A stretch of 64,000 nucleotides of DNA from contig JARKUF010000009.1 in NCBI GenBank assembly GCA_029974015.1, forward strand, positions 1,167 through 65,166, read 5' to 3'. This DNA comes from Spirochaetota bacterium. Its GTDB lineage: Bacteria > Spirochaetota > UBA4802 > JAGODF01. The notes beneath the pieces were generated by a model. It ran no database searches. It saw nothing but the letters and a program-made list of their open reading frames with translations, and was not told the origin of the DNA. Made by a program: the position numbers and the translations under genes. Below are positions 56,815-64,000 of the stretch, one piece after another (within the stretch, counting starts at the first letter, position 1; every line of letters begins with the position of its first letter).

Positions 56815-59115
56815 TGTTTCCAGGTCCCCGTTCTCTTTGTCTTTTCGCCCCTTCACCTTCGACAAAGTGGGTCCGGCGATGGGGCCTTTCATTTCCAGGG
56901 ACGCGTTCGTTGAGCCACCCTGAGGCTCCGTCAGGGCGAACGTTACGTCAAGGGGTACGTTCAATCCCGTGATGTAATCGTACCTGCCCCTGGCATAGAA
57001 ACGGGCCTTATCGCCCTGGAAGGCGAGCTTCGTTACCTGATATGAGTCGGCCCGCTGGCTGAAAGCCAGGGACGCCGAAATCGAAGAAATATCCCGCAAG
57101 TCCGCGTTATTCCACCCCTGCGAATTGAAAAAGTCTATCAGCCTCTCCTGAAAAAGCGTGTTTTTTAACACACCTCCGGTTAGGTCGACGGAAACGTCGA
57201 GTATCGAATTTTCAAGGAGCTGTGAAAGCCGAAAAGCCCCTACCCGATAGTGGATATCGGCATCAAGGGTCCCCTCCACCTCGCCCCTGACGGCGGCATC
57301 GGCACAGAAGGCCTTGAGGTCGAGCCCCTTCACCCCGGCATCGATGCTGACCTGGGGCATCCAGAGATTGAATTGGGCCGATGCCTTCAGGGTATAGGCG
57401 CCGCCGTACCCTGAGAGGGCGAAGTTGTCCACAGAAAAGGACCCGTCTTTCAATTCAGCAGAGAGGGAAAGCCCTGTCATGGCGGCGCGCTGGCCCGCCA
57501 CCACTTTTCCGGCTTCCAGGCGCATCTTCACATTGTTGAGATTGAGCAGCTTCCCCATCGGCTCCTTGTTGAAAATGATCTGCTCGTATCCGATTTTTTT
57601 ATCGGCATAGGCCCCCTCGTAGAGCATTTCCACGGCGGCCTTCAAAGGCCCCAGGAAGTCCCCGGCAGCCATCACGGGAGAGGTGAAAGTGATGGCGCTT
57701 TCCGAGCTTAGCGGGGCCCAGTTCTTGATGTACGTTTCCCAGTCCACATCAAATTTAGATGTCTCCAGGGCCGCCCGGACCCGGGCCTTCAGGACATCCT
57801 CCCTTAATATGAGGCTGGCGTGAATATTTTTTACCGCCTCCCGGGTTTTTTTCTTCTCCTGTACGCGCATGGAAAAATTTTCCAGTTCAAGCTCCATGCC
57901 CACCCCGCGCGAGGTCTTATTGCGAAAATCATAGCGAAGCCGGCCTCCGGCTTTCAGAGTGCCTCCGAAAGTCGCGCCTTCCACAGGGGTCACGTGTTCT
58001 GAAAACCTGGCGAGGTCGATGGAGTTGGTCTCGAAAGTTACGTCGAAATAATCCTCAAGGGAGTTTCTGTTGTATATCCCGTTCAGCGCCAGGCGGAAGC
58101 TGTCGTCGGAAAGGTCAAAGCGTCGCACTGTTATTCTCTCAAACCCCCTCGCACCGTCGACGATAAAATCGAGATTGAGATTTTCGTGGAAAAGGTAGTG
58201 AATGCGCTCGTGGTCCCGTATTTCAAGGGCGTCCAGACTTGTCATTTCCACTCTGCCATACAGGCTCACGTTGTCGTCCACGGTGTTCATCTCCAGGAAC
58301 GCGTCGAGCCCGCCTCCTATAAAGAGGGAGTCCTTCATGTTTTCTCTGAGATAGGCGTTGAAATACGAAACGTCCAGGTCCTCCACGTTAAGGACGTTCA
58401 CCGACGAGACAGCCCTGCCGTCCCCGCCAAGTTTCATGCGCCCAAAGAAGCGGACCCGGCCGCGGCCCAGGTTTTCATTCCGCAACGGCAGGACCTTTCC
58501 GGAAAAATCGCAGGACACCGCATTGCCGCGAAGAACCAGAAACGCCGATGCCCGCTCCAATTTCACCTCGAGGGTGTCGTCCCGGAATACCTCACGGTAC
58601 AGAACCCTCGACCCGTCGATGTCGATGTAAAAACGGTCCCGGTCTATCTGAGGTATCTCTGCCACGGGCCTGGCGAGGCGGAATATTTCATGGAACGTTT
58701 CGAGATACCCCTTTCCGTACTTCTTGTACAGGGTGATATCGGGGTTCTCGAAGAGGATACCGCGAATTACGGGCTTTTCCGTAAAGAGGGAACGGAAGCA
58801 CATCCGAATCTCGACGGTACGGCATTTGATGAGGCTGATATTGTCGTTGAAGTCGCCGCTGATCGAGATATTAAGATTGGAAACGACTATATTGCCGAGA
58901 ACGCTCACATACACATCATCGAAAGCCGCTGCCTTCCCGAAATTGTCCCTGATGAATGTCGTGACATAATCTTTCAGCACGTTTTCCGGGAAGGCCCTGA
59001 CGAGATACACCTTCAGGGACACGGCGAAGACCGCCAGGAAGGCCAGAGGTACCAGGACGGACAAGAGGACCTTCCTGCCCACCCTGGCGAGGAGAGTATC
59101 GAACAGCTTTATCAA
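56791..59115 (-). CDS. AsmA-like protein
   Basis: Single N-terminal TM followed by ~740 aa of beta-rich sequence ending in a ..G....P.L-type motif. Confidence 0.65.
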   Translation of the reverse strand: MIKLFDTLLARVGRKVLLSVLVPLAFLAVFAVSLKVYLVRAFPENVLKDYVTTFIRDNFGKAAAFDDVYVSVLGNIVVSNLNISISGDFNDNISLIKCRTVEIRMCFRSLFTEKPVIRGILFENPDITLYKKYGKGYLETFHEIFRLARPVAEIPQIDRDRFYIDIDGSRVLYREVFRDDTLEVKLERASAFLVLRGNAVSCDFSGKVLPLRNENLGRGRVRFFGRMKLGGDGRAVSSVNVLNVEDLDVSYFNAYLRENMKDSLFIGGGLDAFLEMNTVDDNVSLYGRVEMTSLDALEIRDHERIHYLFHENLNLDFIVDGARGFERITVRRFDLSDDSFRLALNGIYNRNSLEDYFDVTFETNSIDLARFSEHVTPVEGATFGGTLKAGGRLRYDFRNKTSRGVGMELELENFSMRVQEKKKTREAVKNIHASLILREDVLKARVRAALETSKFDVDWETYIKNWAPLSSESAITFTSPVMAAGDFLGPLKAAVEMLYEGAYADKKIGYEQIIFNKEPMGKLLNLNNVKMRLEAGKVVAGQRAAMTGLSLSAELKDGSFSVDNFALSGYGGAYTLKASAQFNLWMPQVSIDAGVKGLDLKAFCADAAVRGEVEGTLDADIHYRVGAFRLSQLLENSILDVSVDLTGGVLKNTLFQERLIDFFNSQGWNNADLRDISSISASLAFSQRADSYQVTKLAFQGDKARFYARGRYDYITGLNVPLDVTFALTEPQGGSTNASLEMKGPIAGPTLSKVKGRKDKENGDLETLPLFNIK

Positions 59116-59358
59116 ACCGGGAAATGCCTCTTAATATACTGAGCTATTATATCCGCCCTTCGGGCCGACGAGAAGCGGCATGAAGGCAACTACAAACATT
59201 GCCCACCGACCGTTATAGTCAAGCATATAAGGAAATGGCTGATAATAAAAGGAAGACGCAAGGGACACATAATACTTTCTGAAATATTGTTCTTGTAAGG
59301 CCCCGGCCGTCTCATACCATTGGCCGGAAATTTCTTCCCCGGACCGGAGAATCACCCT

Positions 59359-60009
59359 GTGGATTTCATATCTTCCCTTCTTTCGGACTTTTCCCCCTAC
59401 ATGCCGCTTATCAGCATGGGTTTACTAATGCTTGCGGGCCTCAACATGCCCATTTCCGAAGACCTTGTCTTGATTATCTCCGGGGCCCTCTCCGCAGCCT
59501 ACCTCCCCGACCGGGCACTTCTTGTCTTCGCTGGATGCTACACAGGCGCCCTGGCCAGCGACATCATTTCCTATTGCCTTGGCCGCTTCGGTGGGCGCTT
59601 TCTCATGACCTGGAAACACGCACACAGGATGATGCCGGAGGAAAAAATCCGCAGAATGGAGGGTTATTTCGAACAGTATGGCGGGAAAACCCTTCTCTTC
59701 GGCCGGTTCATTCCCTTCGGCGTGCGCAACCTCATTTTCATGACTGCGGGATTTAGCAGGATGCCTTTTATTAAATTCGTCCTGATCGACATCATCCCTC
59801 TCTCGATCTCCTCGTCGCTTACCTTCTACCTTGGAATGTCCTTCAGCGATAACTATCATGTCATCATACCCTGGCTCGACCGCTTCAAGCTCGTCATAGC
59901 CGGTATCGCCGCCCTAATCGTCGCCATCATCCTCATCATGAGACATAGAAAGCGAAACATCGGCGTCCTCAACGCCGAACCCGCCGACCATCGTCGCATT
60001 ACGCGATAA
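59359..60009 (+). CDS. dedA: DedA family membrane protein
   Basis: P.SED, D...Y.LGR.GG and GRFIPFGVR motifs; GTG start behind GGAGA. Confidence 0.9.
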   Translation: MDFISSLLSDFSPYMPLISMGLLMLAGLNMPISEDLVLIISGALSAAYLPDRALLVFAGCYTGALASDIISYCLGRFGGRFLMTWKHAHRMMPEEKIRRMEGYFEQYGGKTLLFGRFIPFGVRNLIFMTAGFSRMPFIKFVLIDIIPLSISSSLTFYLGMSFSDNYHVIIPWLDRFKLVIAGIAALIVAIILIMRHRKRNIGVLNAEPADHRRITR

Positions 60010-60035
60010 AATTTTCACATTCTCCCTTTTTTTCA

Positions 60036-60064
60036 TTGAAAAAGGACATTCGCTTAATTACATT
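60036..60064 (+). promoter_or_regulatory. possible sigma70 promoter of the DHH gene
   Basis: TTGAAA-17 nt-TACATT. Confidence 0.4.
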
Positions 60065-60115
60065 ATACCATTCCGGTCGTTTATTCCGCATTTCACGGCG
60101 GCCAGGCGAGGTATC

Positions 60116-61273
60116 ATGGCAAAGGTCAAGATACAATCTATCCGCGAAAAAAACGCCATCATCGGCAACATCATCGACGCAATGGCGGCCAGGACGGGGT
60201 TTCTCCTGGTGGGCCACAGGAATGCCGATGAGGACTGCATCGCCTCCATGGTGGCCTTCGCCATACTCCTGACCAAATTCGACAAACAGGTCCAGATATA
60301 TATTGACGGGGTGATCCCCCCCAATGTGGGGTACCTGGCCAACATCTGCGTCTACAACTCCATCAGGGTTATAAATAGCCGCCAGCGCCTGATGCCCGGC
60401 GTCGACACCATTATCGCCTGCGACACGCCAAAGCCGTCAATGCTCGACATGAGCCCGAAAATCCGCAAGATATTCGCAAGCGCCGAAGTAATCCGCATCG
60501 AGGTGGACCATCACCTTGGAGCGGACAGCGACTATATTGGCGATGAAGGATACCGACTGGTCACCGAGGCGTCATCGGCAAGCGAGCTTGTGGGGGTCCT
60601 CGCATTGAAGCTGAAGCTTCGCAAGGACATTCTGGGCCGCTTCATGATAGCCGATCCCCTGTCGCGCAACTTTGTCCTTGCGGTCCTCACCGGTATTATC
60701 GGCGATACCAATATGGGGAAGTACCTCAAATCCAGGAGGGAGAGCAGATACTACAATATCTTCTCCGGCATCTACAACGACATTCTCATGCGCACCACGG
60801 TAAAGGAGTCGAACTTTACCCGGATTGACGAGGTGTACAAGGAGCTGCAAAAACTTTCCGAAAAGGAAGCAAAGTGCTACGGCTACGTGATACAGAAACA
60901 GAACCTGTCTAAATCCGTGGCATATATCGTCCTCACCGGAAAGGACATGAGTCACCTTGCTGAAAACTACGACAGGGAGACCATCGTCAACGTCACAAAA
61001 CAGATCGTCAACGATCTGGCCGAGATAAGCCAGAAAGTGGGAATCATAGCTTTTCCGGAGAAAACGGAAACGACCGACCTGGTACAGTTTCGCATGCGGC
61101 GAAGCCATAATTTCAAAAGCTACGACCTCAGAAAGATACTCGAGTTGTTTTCCATAAAAAACGGAGGAGGCCACGAAGGGGCCGTGGGCTTTCGCTTCTC
61201 CTCCGGGGAGATAAAGGACCTCCGGGGGTACACGGAGCGCATCGTGGAAAGGCTCGAGAAGGAAATCGAATAA
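60116..61273 (+). CDS. DHH family phosphoesterase
   Basis: GH..ADED, VDHH, GI.GDT and GGGH motifs. Confidence 0.9.
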   Translation: MAKVKIQSIREKNAIIGNIIDAMAARTGFLLVGHRNADEDCIASMVAFAILLTKFDKQVQIYIDGVIPPNVGYLANICVYNSIRVINSRQRLMPGVDTIIACDTPKPSMLDMSPKIRKIFASAEVIRIEVDHHLGADSDYIGDEGYRLVTEASSASELVGVLALKLKLRKDILGRFMIADPLSRNFVLAVLTGIIGDTNMGKYLKSRRESRYYNIFSGIYNDILMRTTVKESNFTRIDEVYKELQKLSEKEAKCYGYVIQKQNLSKSVAYIVLTGKDMSHLAENYDRETIVNVTKQIVNDLAEISQKVGIIAFPEKTETTDLVQFRMRRSHNFKSYDLRKILELFSIKNGGGHEGAVGFRFSSGEIKDLRGYTERIVERLEKEIE

Positions 61274-61276
61274 TCG

Positions 61277-61894
61277 ATGAAGGGATTCGCCGCATGTATC
61301 TCCGCGGGCCTGCTCTTCCTGGGAACTTCCGCCGCAGCTTCCATCCATACCCGGATTCTCCACGACGGCACCATGGAGTACTTCAATACCTCGGAATCGG
61401 CGCGTCCCCGGGGGAAAATAATGCTGAGCGGCCGGTACGATCCTCTGATTCAGCGCATCGCCGAAAAGGAAGGCGTTGACCCTCTCCTGGTCAAGTCGGT
61501 GATTAAAATTGAGTCCGACTTCAATCCCAACGCCGTCTCCGAGGCGGGGGCCATGGGGCTCATGCAGATCATGCAGGTCATCGCCAACTCATACGGCGTC
61601 AGGGACCCCTTCGATCCGGAGCAAAACCTCTCCGCTGGAATTAGGCACCTCTCTTGGCTTATGCGCTCCTTTGACAACGATACACCCCTGGCCCTGGCCG
61701 CCTATCACGCCGGCATAGGCAGGGTGAAGCGCCGCATGGCTATTCCCCCCATCCGTTCCACCGTGGCCTACGTGAACGATGTCATGCGCATCTACAACCG
61801 CCTCACGGGAAAAGAGGACCGGGATTATGGGGGTGCGGTAAAGAAGCTCTACACCCGCATCCGAAAAGACGGGACGCTGGAGATTCTGAATTGA
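61277..61894 (+). CDS. lytic transglycosylase (SLT domain)
   Basis: IES.F.PNAVS.AGAMGLMQ and LALAAY.AG motifs; signal peptide. Confidence 0.93.
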   Translation: MKGFAACISAGLLFLGTSAAASIHTRILHDGTMEYFNTSESARPRGKIMLSGRYDPLIQRIAEKEGVDPLLVKSVIKIESDFNPNAVSEAGAMGLMQIMQVIANSYGVRDPFDPEQNLSAGIRHLSWLMRSFDNDTPLALAAYHAGIGRVKRRMAIPPIRSTVAYVNDVMRIYNRLTGKEDRDYGGAVKKLYTRIRKDGTLEILN

Positions 61895-61930
61895 GGGCGG
61901 ACAGTTCCGTTGTGCTGCGGGAAGGAGAAA

Positions 61931-62944
61931 TCACTCCACAAATTCTTCCTTCTCTTTTCTGATGGTAATGGTCCCCTGGTCGTTCAGGGTTTTCATCACG
62001 CCGACGATGATGTCCCGCGCCGCCTGGATTTCCGAAATCCGGACCGGTCCCATGGCGTCCATGTCGCCCAGGATGTCCGTGGCCCGGTTGCGGCTCATAT
62101 TGCGGAAAAATTTGACGCGGATTTCGTCCCCCGCGCCCTTCAGGGCGCGGGAGATGACGGCGTCATCGCTGATTTCATCGATGAGAATGCGCATCTCGCG
62201 GTTTTCAAGGTTCGCCACATGCTCAAATGTGAATATTTTGTCGCGTATCTCTCGGGCCACATCGGGCATCTGTACGTCGAAGTAATCCATGAGGGATTTC
62301 TCCTGGTCTCCGCTCATATGGTTTAGAATGGTCACCAGGGTATCGACCCCTCCCGTTGTCTCCATGCCGGGGCCGGTTTTGTATTTGTCGTACTTACGTC
62401 GAAGCACACGGGCAATCTCCACAACCGCCTCCGGAGATGTCTTGTCCATCCGGGCCATGCGGCGCGCCACTTCCTTTGCAACGGGCGAGTCGAGGCCTTT
62501 GAGGACTTCAGCGGCCTTTTTCGGTAGAACATGGGCCATGGTAACCGCGATGGTCTGGGGATGCTCATCTTGAAGGAAGGACACCAGGACTTCGGAGTCC
62601 ACGTCCGTCAGGAACTCGAACCCCTTTTCCAGGTCCTGTTTCGAGAGACGATTGAAAATGTCCCTCGACTTTTCCTCGCCGAAGGCGCTCACCAGGAGCT
62701 CGCGGGCCACGTTTTCGCCCCCGAAAGAGGCGCCGCGGTGTTTTCTGATTTCCACCATGAACTCGCCTATCAGGTCTTCCTTGTCCTCGGCGGTAAGCTT
62801 TTGTATCTTTGCGATCTCCCCGGAAATTTTACGCACGGTCTCATCGTCCAGGTGGCGGATTATTTCCGAAGCTACAGCGGGCCCCAGGGCCACCATGAGG
62901 GCGGCCGCCTTCTCAACGCCGGACATTTCGTGAAGGGGCTTCAT
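61931..62944 (-). CDS. fliG: flagellar motor switch protein FliG (stand-alone paralog)
   Basis: SG.EKAA.L...LG, EHPQTIA, GG linker, IFTFE and ALKGA...NMS.NRA motifs. Confidence 0.93.
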   Translation of the reverse strand: MKPLHEMSGVEKAAALMVALGPAVASEIIRHLDDETVRKISGEIAKIQKLTAEDKEDLIGEFMVEIRKHRGASFGGENVARELLVSAFGEEKSRDIFNRLSKQDLEKGFEFLTDVDSEVLVSFLQDEHPQTIAVTMAHVLPKKAAEVLKGLDSPVAKEVARRMARMDKTSPEAVVEIARVLRRKYDKYKTGPGMETTGGVDTLVTILNHMSGDQEKSLMDYFDVQMPDVAREIRDKIFTFEHVANLENREMRILIDEISDDAVISRALKGAGDEIRVKFFRNMSRNRATDILGDMDAMGPVRISEIQAARDIIVGVMKTLNDQGTITIRKEKEEFVE

Positions 62945-63798
62945 GCCTTGACGGTGACCCTCAGGGGAGTGATGACCTTCTGGGGGCATACCTCGGCGCA
63001 CTTGCCGCAGTTGATGCACTTGTCATAATCAAAGACAGCGAGATTGTCGATTACCTCTATGGCCGTTTCGATGTCCGGGCTGTCTTTGAAAACCTCTTTG
63101 CACGCCTTGACGCACCGCCGACAGGCGGTGCAGCCCACGTCGCACCCCAATTTCATGACCGGGGTCTTGTCGTGGCTGCAGCATATCATGTTCACGTCGA
63201 AATTGCGCTCAACAAGGCGTATAATGTTCCTCGGGCACTCGTTGACGCACTTGCCGCAACCGGTGCATTTGTCCCAGTCGACCACAGGAAGCCCGCGCTT
63301 TTCGTCCATGTGGATGGCATCGAAGGGGCAGACGCGGGTGCAGTCCCCCAGGCCAAGGCAGCCGTATCGGCATGTTTTGAAACCTCCCATGATCTGGTGG
63401 GCGGCGTGGCAGCTTTTCGGCCCGTGATATTCGAATTTTTTCCGGGTAACGTCGATCGCCCCCTGGCACATAACCCGGGCAACCGTAGGCTTTAAACCCA
63501 GGGAAACGACCCCCATGACCTCTGCGATTTTATCCACCGTTTCGGACCCACCTACGGAACAAAGATTGATAGCTACCTCCCCTTTCATGATCTTGGCGGC
63601 ATATCCGGAACACCCCGGCTGGCCGCAGGCCCCGCAGTTTGCCCCTGGAAGGGATTCAAGGATGCTTGCGAAGCGCGGATCGTGCTCCACTTTGAGCTTC
63701 TGTTTGGCGACGGAGAGGACGAGCCCGAAGACGGCGCCGAGGGCGGTCAAGCTCACTACAGCCGATATTGAAGGTAAAAAATATTCCACAAAGAGCAC
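62941..63798 (-). CDS. rnfB: Rnf electron transport complex subunit B (polyferredoxin type)
   Basis: N-terminal TM, LPGANCGACGQPGC, GCLGLGDC..VCPF and further CxxCxxC...CP motifs. Confidence 0.93.
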   Translation of the reverse strand: MLFVEYFLPSISAVVSLTALGAVFGLVLSVAKQKLKVEHDPRFASILESLPGANCGACGQPGCSGYAAKIMKGEVAINLCSVGGSETVDKIAEVMGVVSLGLKPTVARVMCQGAIDVTRKKFEYHGPKSCHAAHQIMGGFKTCRYGCLGLGDCTRVCPFDAIHMDEKRGLPVVDWDKCTGCGKCVNECPRNIIRLVERNFDVNMICCSHDKTPVMKLGCDVGCTACRRCVKACKEVFKDSPDIETAIEVIDNLAVFDYDKCINCGKCAEVCPQKVITPLRVTVKA

Positions 63799-63965
63799 CT
63801 CCGGGAAGGATTGGGCCGCCCGTGCAGGCCTGCCTGGCGGGCATCAGAGAATTATATACGCCTTCCGGCTGATACTACATAAGTTTTTGCGGAAAATAAT
63901 CAATAATTATTTTGACTCTTTATCCGAAAAAGATAGTATAGCTCCATTTAGATGCCTATAAACCC

Positions 63966-64000
63966 ATGGAAAAACGAAACATCCATTCCGACCTCCACGA
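63966..64000 (+). CDS. possible start of a gene divergent from rnfB (truncated by the window edge)
   Basis: ATG MEKRNIHSDLH with TTGACT-16 nt-TAGTAT upstream (63912-63939). Confidence 0.3.
   Translation, partial: MEKRNIHSDLH

Overview
Bacterial chromosomal segment, probably from an anaerobic Spirochaetota lineage. This is inferred from a DUF1564-like gene, a stand-alone FliG paralog, CxxxY-type CcmE, rnfB and a class III FBPase. Most of the window is housekeeping: pgm, aspS-phoH-7TM/HD-ybeY, ccmABCDEF, ogg, tRNA-Pro(GGG), mnmA, hbd, fbp, ispG, mobAB, mutS2, srkA, argS-cinA, a CHASE2 cyclase and rnfB-fliG. The first ~7 kb is an accessory, decaying stress region with alkA, HTHP, DJ-1, an MNT-HEPN pair, gene remnants and structured repeats. 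The most striking non-genic signal is a dispersed ~120-bp element present as 9 copies plus fragments. It has terminal inverted repeats GG(C/G)AACCTCTAA, 4-bp target duplications in four copies, a central GC-rich hairpin whose 3-nt loop flips orientation independently of the element, and a terminal ~34-bp palindrome that also occurs alone. No transposase is present in the window, and copies cluster directly upstream of a DUF1564-like putative DNA-binding gene. Notable protein architectures are a PTS EIIA + C4 zinc-ribbon fusion, an RsmG + SpoU fusion and an rnfB-fliG ATGA-coupled pair. All product calls come from reading motifs by eye; no database searches were run.
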